Assembly: GCA_034927345.1 (NCBI GenBank)
Contig: JAYFQE010000023.1
Span: 80,393 to 144,392, forward strand
From: Clostridiaceae bacterium
GTDB taxonomy: Bacteria > Bacillota > Clostridia > Saccharofermentanales > UBA5734
Direction: 5' to 3'
DNA: 64,000 nucleotides
The position numbers and the translations under genes are program-made. Below, in pieces: positions 10,208-20,859 of the stretch. Below the pieces are notes generated by a model, which saw only the letters and a program-made list of their open reading frames with translations, was not told the origin of the DNA and ran no database searches. Every line of letters starts with the position of its first letter. Within the stretch, counting starts at the first letter, position 1.

Positions 10208-11584
10208 TCATTGCTCCAGGCTCTTCAGATAATCGACCGCCGCCGAAAGCTGAGTATCTTGTTCCAGCGTAAGGCGGTTCAGAGATATGCCTTGAGCCTC
10301 CTCCGGCAGCGACACCGCCAGCTGCGGCGCCAGTCCGGTGCCTTCGATACAGTCGCCGCCCGGCAGATAGTACTGGAAATTGGTCAGATTGATCGCCGAA
10401 CCATCATCAAGCGGCAGCGTTATTGTGCCGGAGCCTTTGCCAAAAGACTGTTCGCCGATCAGATACGCCTTGCCATGATCGCGCAGACAACCGGAAAACA
10501 GTTCGGAAGCACTGGCCGACATGCCGTTGATCAGGATCGCATACCGCATAGTTTCGGGAACACCCATACTGGCTTTTGACTCCCAGACTTCTTTAAACGG
10601 TTTTCCGTCGCTGCGGCCTTCCAGGCTGGCGATAACGCCTTCCGGCAGCAGATAATCCAACATGGATATAACTTCATTAGCCATGCCGCCGGTGTCATTG
10701 CGCAAATCGAAAACGATGTTTTCCGCGCCCTGGCTTTTTAAATCTTCCATGGCAGCCATAAAATTCTTCGAGACATTCTCCGAAAACTCACGGATCTGAA
10801 CATAGCCGATTTTATCGGTCAACATCTTATGACTGACACTGGCCGTCGTGATTTTCTTCCGGGTGGCTTTAATGTCGATATTGCCGGACAATGACGGGCG
10901 ATAAAGGACGAGGTCGACTGTTGAGCCTTCTTCGCCGCGCACCAAGGCCGCGACCGAACTGATGTCCTTCATGGCCGTTACATCGGTTCCGTCAACCGAT
11001 ACAAACAGATCGCCGATCTGCAGGCCGGCTTCTTCCGCCGGGCTGCCGGCAATGACTTCAGTAATTTCAACCAATCCTTCTTGATTTAAGGCGACAAAAG
11101 CTCCGATACCGGTATAATTGCCGCTCATCGATTCTTCGATCTGCTGGTTTTCTTCCGCCGTCAGATACATGGTATAACGATTGCCCAGTTCATCAACCAA
11201 ACCCCGGGTCATCGCTTCGATCATTTCGGAATCGGTCAGGTCTTTATAAAATTGCTGATCGACCGCCTGATAAACCGTCTGCAGCTTGTTCAAGGCTTTT
11301 TGGGTATCCGCGTCATTGACAAAGCTGAGGCTGAGACGCCCGTCGGAGATGGATTTAACCGCTCCGGCATCAGCTGCTTTTAAAACAGCCAGACCGATGC
11401 CAATGGTCAGCGTGCCGGTTAAAAGCATGGTTACCAGAACGGTCAGGATATATTTCCATAACGGACCTTTCCGGGCAGGAGCAGGAGCAGCGGGCTGTGC
11501 CGGCTGTTGTCCGGCAGATTCGGCCGATAAGCCGGCTGCGGTAAAATCATCTTGTTCATTCGGGATGTTTGGCTGATCATTCAT
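10208..11584 (-). CDS. S41 family carboxyl-terminal processing protease (CtpA-like), membrane anchored
   Basis: 458 aa; N-terminal TM segment, PDZ-like GSPAEEAGLQIGDLFVSVDG, S41 catalytic region. Confidence 0.85.
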   Translation of the reverse strand: MNDQPNIPNEQDDFTAAGLSAESAGQQPAQPAAPAPARKGPLWKYILTVLVTMLLTGTLTIGIGLAVLKAADAGAVKSISDGRLSLSFVNDADTQKALNKLQTVYQAVDQQFYKDLTDSEMIEAMTRGLVDELGNRYTMYLTAEENQQIEESMSGNYTGIGAFVALNQEGLVEITEVIAGSPAEEAGLQIGDLFVSVDGTDVTAMKDISSVAALVRGEEGSTVDLVLYRPSLSGNIDIKATRKKITTASVSHKMLTDKIGYVQIREFSENVSKNFMAAMEDLKSQGAENIVFDLRNDTGGMANEVISMLDYLLPEGVIASLEGRSDGKPFKEVWESKASMGVPETMRYAILINGMSASASELFSGCLRDHGKAYLIGEQSFGKGSGTITLPLDDGSAINLTNFQYYLPGGDCIEGTGLAPQLAVSLPEEAQGISLNRLTLEQDTQLSAAVDYLKSLEQ

Positions 11585-11605
11585 ATGACAAGCTCACTTT
11601 CATCA

Positions 11606-12940
11606 TCAAGAAATATAGGGTACCGGGTTGACGGTCGATCCGTCGATCATCACTTCAAAATGCAGATGGGGCCCGGTGGAAGCGCCGGTACTGCCGCAGG
11701 TCGCGATCTTATCGCCGGCGCTGACAGTCTGGCCGGCCTTGACCAGCGTATTTTTCAAATGGCCGTACAAGGTGGAGATCCCGTCGTCATGGCTGATCAC
11801 GATATAGTTGCCATAGCCGCCGCCGCCGGTATTCTGTCCTTCATAACTGTTGCGGACCAGCAGAACAACCCCATCGGCGGCCGCCAGAATCGGATGGCCA
11901 TAATCGCCGCCCAGATCGACGCCCGAATGGAAGCGGTTAACATGATAAATCGGATGATACCGCATACCGTAAGACGAATAGACCGTACGATCGCCGGGAT
12001 ATGGCCAAACCCAGCCTTTCCCGTTCGGCGCCGAGTTCCCGGCAGACGGAGCCGGAGTGACGCGGGCCGCCTGGGCAGCTGCGGTCGCTTTAGCAGCCGC
12101 TGTAGCCTGCGCGGATTTCGTGGCTTTAGCCGCGGCTGTCGCGGCAGCTTGTTCATTGACCAGCTTTTTTTGCAGATCGGCCACTTCCGCGGCTATTTTC
12201 GCCGATTCGTCATTCAACGCGTCTTCCTGTTGTTCTTGGGATGAAAGCTGCAGCTGTGTCTGGTTTAAATCCGACTGTTTGGCATCGGCATTTGCTTTCA
12301 AGGTAGCAATATCGGCCTCCAGCTGGGTGACAACCGCCGACATGTCGGCCGAATGCTGCTGAGCCTGGTCGCGTTTTAAAGCGGCGTTGTCTTTGGACAC
12401 TTCCAAATCATCAATCATCTGTTGATCGGAATCGGCGATAATCGTCATAAACTGCATCGTCGTAAAGAAGCCCTGCAGGCTTTCCGACTCCAGAAACACT
12501 TGCAGAACCGATTTTTTCTGATGTGCGAACATCGTCTGCATTCGCTCCACATATTGATTTTGTTTGTCCTGCAAATCCTGTTCCGATTGAATATATTCGG
12601 TATAAGCCTTTTCCATATCGGCTACGGCGGCCTGCAGCTGTTCTGTCTTCTCCTGGTACAGCTTTTTTTGTTCATCGCTGCGGTCATTCAGCCAGGCCAG
12701 TTCGCCGGTCAGTTTATCAACCTGTGAAGACAGCTGATTTGTTTCACCGGCCAATTTTGCCTGCTGTTCTTCCAATTGGGCTTGTTTATCTTTCGCGTCG
12801 GCCAACGCCTCGCTGGTCGACGCGGCCTGTACGCGTCCCGGAACCAGACTCCAGGATATAGTCAGGCCGATTATCAGCGCCATGGCCGTTATTCGGAACC
12901 AATTATGTTTTTTCATACTCATCACAGCATGCATCGGCAT
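11606..12940 (-). CDS. coiled-coil M23 (LytM) peptidase, PcsB/EnvC-like FtsEX-associated hydrolase activator
   Basis: 444 aa; signal peptide, long Q/E/A-rich coiled coil, C-terminal HSGVDLGG...GYGNYIVISHDDGISTLYGHL...GPHLHFEV M23 motifs; adjacent to ftsEX. Confidence 0.85.
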   Translation of the reverse strand: MPMHAVMSMKKHNWFRITAMALIIGLTISWSLVPGRVQAASTSEALADAKDKQAQLEEQQAKLAGETNQLSSQVDKLTGELAWLNDRSDEQKKLYQEKTEQLQAAVADMEKAYTEYIQSEQDLQDKQNQYVERMQTMFAHQKKSVLQVFLESESLQGFFTTMQFMTIIADSDQQMIDDLEVSKDNAALKRDQAQQHSADMSAVVTQLEADIATLKANADAKQSDLNQTQLQLSSQEQQEDALNDESAKIAAEVADLQKKLVNEQAAATAAAKATKSAQATAAAKATAAAQAARVTPAPSAGNSAPNGKGWVWPYPGDRTVYSSYGMRYHPIYHVNRFHSGVDLGGDYGHPILAAADGVVLLVRNSYEGQNTGGGGYGNYIVISHDDGISTLYGHLKNTLVKAGQTVSAGDKIATCGSTGASTGPHLHFEVMIDGSTVNPVPYIS

Positions 12941-12952
12941 ATAGACCTCCTG

Positions 12953-13843
12953 TCAAACCTGTATGTGCCGGCGAACAGCAATCGCGCTGCCTAAAGAGCC
13001 GACTCCGACGCCGATCAGGATGTTGATCAGCAGTATTTTCCTGGCTACAGCCGACGGCGTCACCATGGCCAGAAAATCAGTGGGTTTGATTCCGACCATT
13101 AAGACATCATAAATCCGGTTGTAAGCCAGCCAGATGATCAGCCAGGCCAGAAAAGCGCCGACCAGCCCGACCAGCGCGCCCTCGATAATGTAGGGAATCC
13201 GGATATACCAATTCGTCGCGCCGACATACTTCATGATGCTGATTTCCTCGCCGCGGGCAAAAACGGCGACCCGAACCATATTGGATATGATCAGGAAGGA
13301 TATCAGGCAGAGAATAATGAAAGCCGTCAAGGTTGCATAGTTAACCCAGACAATCGCCTGGCTGAGGAACTGCATAACCGACAATTCCAGCGAAACTTTG
13401 CGAACGCCGGGAATGCCGCTGATTTGAGCCTGAAAAGCTTCGCCGTGAGAGGGGTCCTTTAATCGGATGGTAAACGTATAAGGGATATTGGTAACCGGAA
13501 AATCATTGAAAAGATCATCCTGACCCATGTTTTCTTTGAACTGGTCAAAATTGTCCTGGGGCGTATGCATTGTATAATCCAGAACATCATCGTTATTGGC
13601 CAAGGCCGTATCCACTTCGGCCAAAGCCGCTTCAACAACGCCCAATTCCATGGTTATCTCAACCGGAGGCTGTTGACCGGCCTGGGCCATGATCTGCCGC
13701 GCATTAAAGGAAAAAACAGTAAAAGCGCCCATTAAAACCAGCATCAGGGCGATGGTTGTAATGGAAGCCAAGGTAACTAAAGGATGGCGGACAATATTGC
13801 GTAAGCCTTCTTCCAGAGTATGGTGGACAAGCGTCAATCTCAT
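12953..13843 (-). CDS. ftsX: cell division permease-like protein FtsX
   Basis: 296 aa, 4 TM, large extracellular loop; ATGA overlap with ftsE stop. Confidence 0.85.
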   Translation of the reverse strand: MRLTLVHHTLEEGLRNIVRHPLVTLASITTIALMLVLMGAFTVFSFNARQIMAQAGQQPPVEITMELGVVEAALAEVDTALANNDDVLDYTMHTPQDNFDQFKENMGQDDLFNDFPVTNIPYTFTIRLKDPSHGEAFQAQISGIPGVRKVSLELSVMQFLSQAIVWVNYATLTAFIILCLISFLIISNMVRVAVFARGEEISIMKYVGATNWYIRIPYIIEGALVGLVGAFLAWLIIWLAYNRIYDVLMVGIKPTDFLAMVTPSAVARKILLINILIGVGVGSLGSAIAVRRHIQV

Positions 13844-14667
13844 GTATGAACCTCCGCCTCCACGTTTTTCTCTGCTGCCGGCTCCGGTTGACTTTTAATA
13901 TCGGTCTTGTCCGCCGTTTCAGATCGGTTGACCGGAAGCGGCCGCTCGGCCGCTTCCGCTTCATTTTCCGCAGGGTCCGGCGTACACGCCTGTGAATACA
14001 ATCCGATGGTGTCATCGCGAATCATACAACCGCCGTCAATTTCGATAACCCGTTTTTTCATGCGATCGACGAGGTCATGATCATGCGTGCAGATCACAAC
14101 CGTCGTCCCCGTACGGTTGATTTCTTCCAGAAGAGCCATCAAGGCTTCGCTGTTTGTCGGATCCAGGTTGCCGGTCGGTTCGTCGGCTAAAATCAGCATC
14201 GGATTATTGACCATTGCCCGGGCGATAGCCACGCGTTGCTGTTCTCCGCCGGATAATTCGCCCGGTTTGGCATCGGCCTTATCGCGCAGGCCAACAATAC
14301 TCAAGACAATCGGCACCCGCCGCCGGATCGAGCTGCGTGTGGCGCCGACTATTTCCATAGCAAAGGCTACGTTTTCAAAAACTGTTTTGGTATAAATCAA
14401 GCGGAAATCCTGGAAAACCATGCCGATATTGCGGCGCAAATAAGGAACCAGGCTCCGCCGGATCTGAGCGATATCAAATTGGTCAATCAATACCTGACCT
14501 GACGAAGGCCGTTCTTCGCAGGTCAGCAGTTTTATTAAAGTCGATTTGCCGGCGCCGCTGCGCCCGATGACAAAAACGAATTCTCCGTCACCGATTGTAA
14601 AGCTGACATCCTTGAGGGCTAGAGTCCCTGTTTGGTAAGTCATCGATACATTGCAAAATTCAATCAA
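13840..14667 (-). CDS. ftsE: cell division ATP-binding protein FtsE (with ~50-aa acidic/Pro-rich C-terminal tail)
   Basis: Walker [10 protein letters not shown], signature LSGGEQQRV, Walker [13 protein letters not shown]; tail ...[46 protein letters not shown]. Confidence 0.9.
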   Translation of the reverse strand: MIEFCNVSMTYQTGTLALKDVSFTIGDGEFVFVIGRSGAGKSTLIKLLTCEERPSSGQVLIDQFDIAQIRRSLVPYLRRNIGMVFQDFRLIYTKTVFENVAFAMEIVGATRSSIRRRVPIVLSIVGLRDKADAKPGELSGGEQQRVAIARAMVNNPMLILADEPTGNLDPTNSEALMALLEEINRTGTTVVICTHDHDLVDRMKKRVIEIDGGCMIRDDTIGLYSQACTPDPAENEAEAAERPLPVNRSETADKTDIKSQPEPAAEKNVEAEVHT

Positions 14668-14698
14668 TTACAGACCTCCTCTGGATCAGCGGTGTTCG

Positions 14699-15811
14699 TC
14701 AATTATGCCACCATTTGCCAGTGGATGTCGTCTTCAAAGAACCCTTATCCTGCTTTTCCAAATATTTACGGACCATTGACGCCAGTTTAAATAAAACAGC
14801 GTCATCAAAACTCCGCAGATCCAAACCGGTTATCTTCTGGACTTTATCCAACCGATAAACCAGGGTATTCCGGTGAACAAACAACTGACGGGATGTCTCG
14901 CTGCCGTTCAGATTGTTCTCGAAAAACTTCTGGATCGTCAGAAGCGTTTCACTATCCAAAGCCTCATAAGCGCCCTTAGGAAAAACTTCATCCAGGAACA
15001 TGTGACACAGTGTCGGCGGCAGCTGGTAAATCAAGCGGCCAAGGCCGAGCTGATCATAACGCATAACGTAAGTATCATTTTCAAAGATGGCGCCGACAGT
15101 CAAGGCCAGCGACGCTTCACGGTACGATTTAGCGGTGTCTTTCAGCGTTTCGGCCGGCATGCCGATGCCGATATGGACTTTAGCCATCGATTCGGCGTTT
15201 AAATTATCGAGGATCAGATGCGCCATGATGTCGATCTGAGTCGTGTCATCTTTAGGAAACTCCGTCAGCAAGACAATCGTTTCCTCATCCATGGGCAGAA
15301 CATAATTATTGCGGCGATCCGGGAAAAGGCTTTGCAGGATTTCGAGACAATCAACTTCTTCGGCCTGCTCAAATCGCACCAGATAAGCCAGTCGCGGCAG
15401 CGTATATGGGATTTTGAACTCCCGCGCTTTCAGCGGAATATCACCCGGCAGCTCGTTTTCCAGCAAGACATTCTTGAGGAAGGCTTCGCGTTCAGCATCG
15501 GAATTGCGTTCCTTTAAAGCGGCGATAATCCAGTGATTGATTAATTCAAGATAATTCCGGGATACGCTGTCCGTTCCTTCAATGAAACAAATATAATTGA
15601 CTTTGTCGCTGACCGGCAATTTCATATAAGTACGGCCGTAGGTGATTGCTATATGTTCTTCCGACAACATAACCGCTCGGGCAGACGAATCCTCATTGCC
15701 TTCCAGCTTTTCATCCGTACAGGCTACAATAATACCATCAGCATCAAGAACACCGGCCACTCTGTCAAGGAAACGGGCCACCTCTCTGATGCACTTCTTC
15801 AATTCTTCCAT
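14699..15811 (-). CDS. PucR/CdaR-family transcriptional regulator
   Basis: C-terminal PucR-type HTH SETSRQLFVHRNTLVYRLDKVQKITGLDL; start likely MEELKK rather than track start at 15850. Confidence 0.7.
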   Translation of the reverse strand: MEELKKCIREVARFLDRVAGVLDADGIIVACTDEKLEGNEDSSARAVMLSEEHIAITYGRTYMKLPVSDKVNYICFIEGTDSVSRNYLELINHWIIAALKERNSDAEREAFLKNVLLENELPGDIPLKAREFKIPYTLPRLAYLVRFEQAEEVDCLEILQSLFPDRRNNYVLPMDEETIVLLTEFPKDDTTQIDIMAHLILDNLNAESMAKVHIGIGMPAETLKDTAKSYREASLALTVGAIFENDTYVMRYDQLGLGRLIYQLPPTLCHMFLDEVFPKGAYEALDSETLLTIQKFFENNLNGSETSRQLFVHRNTLVYRLDKVQKITGLDLRSFDDAVLFKLASMVRKYLEKQDKGSLKTTSTGKWWHN

Positions 15812-15957
15812 AAATGAACACCTTCCTATCAGCATTGATCGGATATTCACGGCATGATACTCTGATTCCTATCTCATCCTATCTTATAGTTTTCCCTTTG
15901 ATGTTGCAAGGCTGTGATAGAAGTTTCACATTTTCTTCAAAGTTCGCATCGGTTTTG

Positions 15958-16007
15958 CCCTATAAAAAGGACGCCCGCTTGTGTTTTATGCCCACAAGCG
16001 GAGCGTC
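15958..16007 (-). terminator. intrinsic terminator downstream of msmK
   Basis: Reverse strand: AGGACGCuCCGCUUGUG-loop-CACAAGCGGGCGUCCU then UUUUUAUAGGG. Confidence 0.6.
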
Positions 16008-16033
16008 CTCATGTAAACCGCCGATAAAATAAA

Positions 16034-17149
16034 TCAGCTTAAAATGACAAGTTCCGTTTCTTTGTCGAACAGATGGACACGGTTGCCGTCGACAGCCAGT
16101 GAAGAAACTTCGCCGACTTTGGAGTGGCTGACGGTCGGATCGACGCGGGCGGTCATATTCAGAGCGCCGGCAACGGTCACATAAAGGTAGGTCTCGGCGC
16201 CCAGCATTTCAACAACATCGACGCTGGCCGGGAAGGTGGTTTCCGGATGCTCGGCAACAAACCGGGTTTCATCGGACAGGGCTTCCGGACGGACGCCCAT
16301 GATAACGTCTTTGCCGTCGTAAGCCTTGACTTCCGGCGTTGAATACTTGGCCGGCAGGGCTACGGAAATATCGTTGAAATTGAGGGTTACGGCGTCGCCT
16401 TTGACAGCAATCGAGGCGTTGATGAAGTTCATCGGCGGCATTCCGATAAAGCCGGCGACGAAAGTATTCTTCGGATGCAGATACAAGTTGGTCGGGTTGT
16501 CGATCTGCTGGATGAAACCATCCTTCATAACAACAATGCGGGTACCCATCGTCATAGCTTCGGTCTGGTCATGGGTAACGTAGATGATCGTGGTTTGCAG
16601 GCGCTGATGCAGTTTGGTGATTTCAACACGCATCTGAACACGCAGTTTAGCGTCGAGGTTGGAGAGCGGCTCATCCATCAGGAAGACTTTCGGGTTACGG
16701 ACGATAGCACGGCCGAGCGCAACACGCTGACGCTGTCCGCCGGAAAGAGCCTTTGGCTTTCTGTCCAGCAAATGTTCGATTTCCAGAATTTTAGCAGCTT
16801 CGGTAACACGGCGTTTGATATCGTCCTTCGGGACTTTACGCAATTTCAGACCGAACGCCATGTTGTCGAAAACGGTCATATGCGGATACAGAGCATAGTT
16901 CTGGAAAACCATGGCAATGTCTCTGTCTTTCGGCTGAACATCGTTGACCAGTTTGTCACCGATATAAACTTCGCCTTCCGTGATTTCTTCAAGGCCGGCA
17001 ATCATACGAAGGGTTGTCGATTTGCCGCAGCCGGAAGGTCCAACCAGGATAACAAATTCCTTGTCGGCGATGTCAATATTAAAATCGCTGACTGCCACAA
17101 CGCCGCCTTCATATCTTTTGTAAACATTCTTTAGTGAAACACTAGCCAT
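16034..17149 (-). CDS. msmK: sugar ABC transporter ATP-binding protein (MsmK/MsmX/MalK type), orphan
   Basis: MASVSLKNVYKRY..., Walker A GPSGCGKST, LSGGQRQRVALGRA, C-terminal MalK-type regulatory/TOBE domain; no adjacent permeases. Confidence 0.9.
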   Translation of the reverse strand: MASVSLKNVYKRYEGGVVAVSDFNIDIADKEFVILVGPSGCGKSTTLRMIAGLEEITEGEVYIGDKLVNDVQPKDRDIAMVFQNYALYPHMTVFDNMAFGLKLRKVPKDDIKRRVTEAAKILEIEHLLDRKPKALSGGQRQRVALGRAIVRNPKVFLMDEPLSNLDAKLRVQMRVEITKLHQRLQTTIIYVTHDQTEAMTMGTRIVVMKDGFIQQIDNPTNLYLHPKNTFVAGFIGMPPMNFINASIAVKGDAVTLNFNDISVALPAKYSTPEVKAYDGKDVIMGVRPEALSDETRFVAEHPETTFPASVDVVEMLGAETYLYVTVAGALNMTARVDPTVSHSKVGEVSSLAVDGNRVHLFDKETELVILS

Positions 17150-17488
17150 ACATGTACCTCCAAATTTGCTTTGCAGCACTCCCATAATCATCAGGCTTGC
17201 ATAATGACTATACCACTGGCGCGCCGATTAAACCAGAGGCAAAATGTAACAAATGTTTTAGCCTGAATTTGGCAATACAGTAGCAGGGGGGCTGGCAGAC
17301 AATACAATTTTACTGATTGTTTTTTATCTATTATGCTAAAATCATCTTCATAAGAACGTTTTTTTCATTTTTTCAATCATACCCCTGTGTTGCAGACAAC
17401 GGCGCAGTTATAATGAAACCATCGCTTATGGCATCAATCATGGGGTCCGCACGCAGACCCAATCCATACGCGTTTTTATAAAAAAGGC

Positions 17489-17534
17489 TTGAAAAATGAT
17501 TATTTATGCATTATAGTGAATATTTATTAACTCC
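17489..17534 (+). promoter_or_regulatory. argC promoter (TTGAAA-17-TATAGT) overlapped by putative ARG-box operator
   Basis: TTGAAAaatgattatttatgcatTATAGTGAATATTTATTAACtcc; TGAATATTTATTAA resembles ARG box TGAATwwwwATTCA; AT-rich region before arg operon. Confidence 0.4.
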
Positions 17535-17581
17535 AGCAGCGATCAGGGTATCCTGCGCGGCTGAGCGAAGGGGTGTCAATT

Positions 17582-18637
17582 ATGGAAAAGTCTTTGCGAA
17601 TAGGCATTGTCGGAGCCACAGGTTATGTCGGCGTAGAATTGATCCGCATTCTGTCCGGTCATCGACGACTCCAACTGACTCACCTGGTCTCGCAAAGCTA
17701 TGTCGGCAAAACATTGTCCGATGTTTATCCGGCTTTCCGCCAGGTCGTCGATCTGCCGCTCCGGGAATTGGATCCGGATCAGCTGGCCGCCGACTGCGAT
17801 CTGGTGGTTACGGCCCTGCCGCATGGCGTCTCATCGGCTGTTGTGCCGGAATTACTGGATCGCGGATTGAAAGTCCTCGACCACAGCGGCGATTTTCGTT
17901 ATAAAGATGCAGCCGTCTATCAGAAGGCCTACAAATTGGCCCATCCCAGGCCGGATTTGTTAACCGAAGCAGTTTATGGCCTGCCGGAGCTTTACCGCCG
18001 GGAAATTGCCTCGGCCAGGCTGGTCGCCAATCCCGGCTGCTACCCGACTTGCTCAATTTTAGCGCTTATGCCGCTTTTACGCGCACAAGCTGTCCGGACA
18101 TCAGGCATTATCATCGACGCGGTTTCCGGAGTCAGCGGCGCCGGGCGCAAAGCAGATCTGGCCTATTCCTTTTGTGAAGCGGATGCCAGCTTTAAAGCTT
18201 ACGGGGTTGTCGGACACCGCCACGCCAGTGAAATCGAACAAGAATGCGGCTTGCTGGCTGGAATCGGCGGTCCCCTGGCCATTACTTTCACGCCCCACCT
18301 GGCGCCGATGAAACGCGGCATGCTGGCTACGATCTATGCTGATCTGCAGCCGGATATCAAACCGGAGGAAATCCGCGGACTTTATGAGAAAGCTTACGCC
18401 GGCGAACCTTTCGTTCGTCTGCTGCCGAATGGCCAAAGCCCGGAAACCCGCCACGTTTCCTACACAAATTTCGTGGATCTGGCCTGGTTTTATGACCAGC
18501 ATACCGGCAAACTGAAAATTCTGTCCGCCCTCGATAATTTAGGCAAAGGAGCCGCCGCCCAGGCTGTTCAGGCGCTTAACCTGATGGCCGGCCTGCCGGA
18601 AACCGAAGGATTGATGACGGCCGGCGGCGCCCTTTAA
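17582..18637 (+). CDS. argC: N-acetyl-gamma-glutamyl-phosphate reductase
   Basis: MEKSLRIGIVGATGYVGVELIRIL...; ATG at 17582 with GAAGGGG RBS; catalytic Cys region ANPGCYPT. Confidence 0.9.
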   Translation: MEKSLRIGIVGATGYVGVELIRILSGHRRLQLTHLVSQSYVGKTLSDVYPAFRQVVDLPLRELDPDQLAADCDLVVTALPHGVSSAVVPELLDRGLKVLDHSGDFRYKDAAVYQKAYKLAHPRPDLLTEAVYGLPELYRREIASARLVANPGCYPTCSILALMPLLRAQAVRTSGIIIDAVSGVSGAGRKADLAYSFCEADASFKAYGVVGHRHASEIEQECGLLAGIGGPLAITFTPHLAPMKRGMLATIYADLQPDIKPEEIRGLYEKAYAGEPFVRLLPNGQSPETRHVSYTNFVDLAWFYDQHTGKLKILSALDNLGKGAAAQAVQALNLMAGLPETEGLMTAGGAL

Positions 18638-18685
18638 ACACACCCTGAAGAAAATTCGGCGGCGCCGACAAAAGGAGTGGGATTA

Positions 18686-19618
18686 ATGGAAAACCTGAAT
18701 ATCCATGATATGAAAGATATTATCGCCAAAGCTGAAATTTTGATTGAAGCTCTGCCCTATATCCAGCGGCTGGCCGGCAAAACCGTCGTTATTAAATACG
18801 GCGGCAACGCCATGATCAATGAAGCATTGAAAAACCATGTTATGGAAGATGTTACCTTATTAAAATATATCGGCATCAATCCGGTCCTGGTTCACGGCGG
18901 CGGTCCCGATATCAGCGTTATGCTCGACCGGCTGTCGATCCATTCCGAATTCCGCCAGGGACTTCGGGTGACGGATGCCGAAACGATGGCGGTCGCCCAG
19001 ATGGTTCTGGTCGGCAAAACCAATAAGGAAATCGTATCCCGGCTGAATCAAAACGGCGCTAAGGCGATCGGCATCTGCGGCATTGACGGCCGGCTGATCG
19101 AATGTGAAAAGATCACGGCCGATCACGAAGGCAGGCCTTTGGATATCGGTTATGTCGGCAACATCGTCCGCATCAACACCCATGTTCTGGAAATGCTGGC
19201 CAACGACGAATATATACCGGTGGTGGCGCCGATCGGCATCGGCCAGAACGGCGAAAGTTACAACATCAACGCCGACACCGTGGCCAGTGAGATCGCAGCG
19301 GCGCTTAAGGCTGAAAAACTGATGACCCTGACTGATGTCGAAGGTGTCAAGGTTAAAAATGAACAAGGCGAATCGGAGGTTATCTCCACGCTGAACGAAG
19401 CCGAAATTCATGATCTGATCGATCGCGGCGTTATCAGCGGCGGCATGATTCCCAAGGTCACCGGCTGTCTCGATACCGTTAAACGCGGCGTCGGACGCGC
19501 CCATATTATCGACGGCCGTATCCCCCACTGCCTTTTACTGGAGATATTCACCAATAAAGGAATCGGCACCATGATCACACAAGAACGCGTCCCCTATTAT
19601 CAGGGCGAACGGATATAA
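18686..19618 (+). CDS. argB: acetylglutamate kinase
   Basis: MENLNIH...[11 protein letters not shown]... amino acid kinase fold; ATG 18686 after AAAGGAG. Confidence 0.9.
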   Translation: MENLNIHDMKDIIAKAEILIEALPYIQRLAGKTVVIKYGGNAMINEALKNHVMEDVTLLKYIGINPVLVHGGGPDISVMLDRLSIHSEFRQGLRVTDAETMAVAQMVLVGKTNKEIVSRLNQNGAKAIGICGIDGRLIECEKITADHEGRPLDIGYVGNIVRINTHVLEMLANDEYIPVVAPIGIGQNGESYNINADTVASEIAAALKAEKLMTLTDVEGVKVKNEQGESEVISTLNEAEIHDLIDRGVISGGMIPKVTGCLDTVKRGVGRAHIIDGRIPHCLLLEIFTNKGIGTMITQERVPYYQGERI

Positions 19619-19632
19619 ACAGGAGGCCATCC

Positions 19633-20859
19633 ATGCAGGCAATTCAAAAAGACTCATCTTTATTACAGGAAGTAATCGATCTTGACGCACAATATTATCT
19701 GCCATCTTTTGGCCGGCGGGTCCCGCTTTGTGTAGCCCGCGGCGAAGGCGTCTGGCTCTACGGCACGGACGATCGGCGTTATCTGGACATGATCGGCGGG
19801 ATCGCCGTCAACGTTCTTGGGCATGCCCATCCCCGCCTGGTCGACGCGATATGCCGTCAAGCCGGCCAAGTGATCCACTGCGGCAATTATTATTACAACG
19901 AGCCGCAAACACGCCTGGCGGTCCGGTTGGCAAAACTGTCCAAACTGCCGGACGCGCATGTCTTCATCGGCAACAGCGGCGCCGAAGCCAACGAAGCCGC
20001 CATTAAACTGGCGCGCGGGTATTTTTATCATCAGCAAAAGCCGCGGGTCAAAATCGTCACGGCTTTACGCTCCTTCCATGGCCGCACATTAGCAACGGCT
20101 ACGGCAACCGGACAAGACAAATACAGCGCGCCTTTTGCGCCGCTGCCGGCCGGATTTGTCCATGTTCCTTATAATGACCAGGCAGCCCTGGCCGCGGCAG
20201 TCGATCAGGAAACCTGCGCCGTTATGCTGGAAATGATCCAGGGCGAAAGCGGCATCATGCCCGCCGATCCCGCTTACATCCGGAAAGCCCAGGAACTGTG
20301 CCATCAGACCGGCGCCCGTCTCATTGTCGATGAAGTTCAGACCGGCATGGGCCGCACCGGCCGTTTCTTTGCCAGCGAGCATTATGGGATTCAGCCGGAT
20401 ATTCTGACGATTGCCAAAGGATTGGCCGGCGGTGTTCCGATCGGCGCGGTTATTGCCAATGGCGATACGTCAACCGGTTTTCATCCGGGCGATCACGGCA
20501 GTACTTTCGGCGGCAATCCTCTTGCCTGCGCCGCAGCCATGGCCGTGCTCGATGAATACGAAGCGTCCGGGCTGGTCGCCGCCGCCGAAAAGCGGGGCGA
20601 TCAACTGCGGCAGGCCTTGCTCGACCTGGCAGCAGATCAGCCTTTGCTAGACGAAATCCGCGGCCGCGGCCTGATGATCGGCATTCAATTATCTAAACCG
20701 CTGGCTTTACCTTTAAAGGCGGCGCTTTTCGCTCAAGGCTGTCTGGTCGGATCCGTCGGAGACTCGGTCATCCGCCTGCTACCGCCGCTGATTTTGCCAG
20801 AAGATACCATACCATTCTTTATTGAACTCTTGAAAAAGGCACTGAAGGAGGTTGAGTGA
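19633..20859 (+). CDS. argD: acetylornithine aminotransferase
   Basis: 408 aa class-III PLP aminotransferase; operon context. Confidence 0.9.
   Translation: MQAIQKDSSLLQEVIDLDAQYYLPSFGRRVPLCVARGEGVWLYGTDDRRYLDMIGGIAVNVLGHAHPRLVDAICRQAGQVIHCGNYYYNEPQTRLAVRLAKLSKLPDAHVFIGNSGAEANEAAIKLARGYFYHQQKPRVKIVTALRSFHGRTLATATATGQDKYSAPFAPLPAGFVHVPYNDQAALAAAVDQETCAVMLEMIQGESGIMPADPAYIRKAQELCHQTGARLIVDEVQTGMGRTGRFFASEHYGIQPDILTIAKGLAGGVPIGAVIANGDTSTGFHPGDHGSTFGGNPLACAAAMAVLDEYEASGLVAAAEKRGDQLRQALLDLAADQPLLDEIRGRGLMIGIQLSKPLALPLKAALFAQGCLVGSVGDSVIRLLPPLILPEDTIPFFIELLKKALKEVE

Noticed and set aside
17441-17480. GGGTC-cgcacgca-GACCC hairpin followed 14 nt later by a T-run upstream of argC
   Set aside because: The stem is short and not adjacent to the U-tract. 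It sits in a divergent promoter region, so a terminator or attenuator call is not supported.
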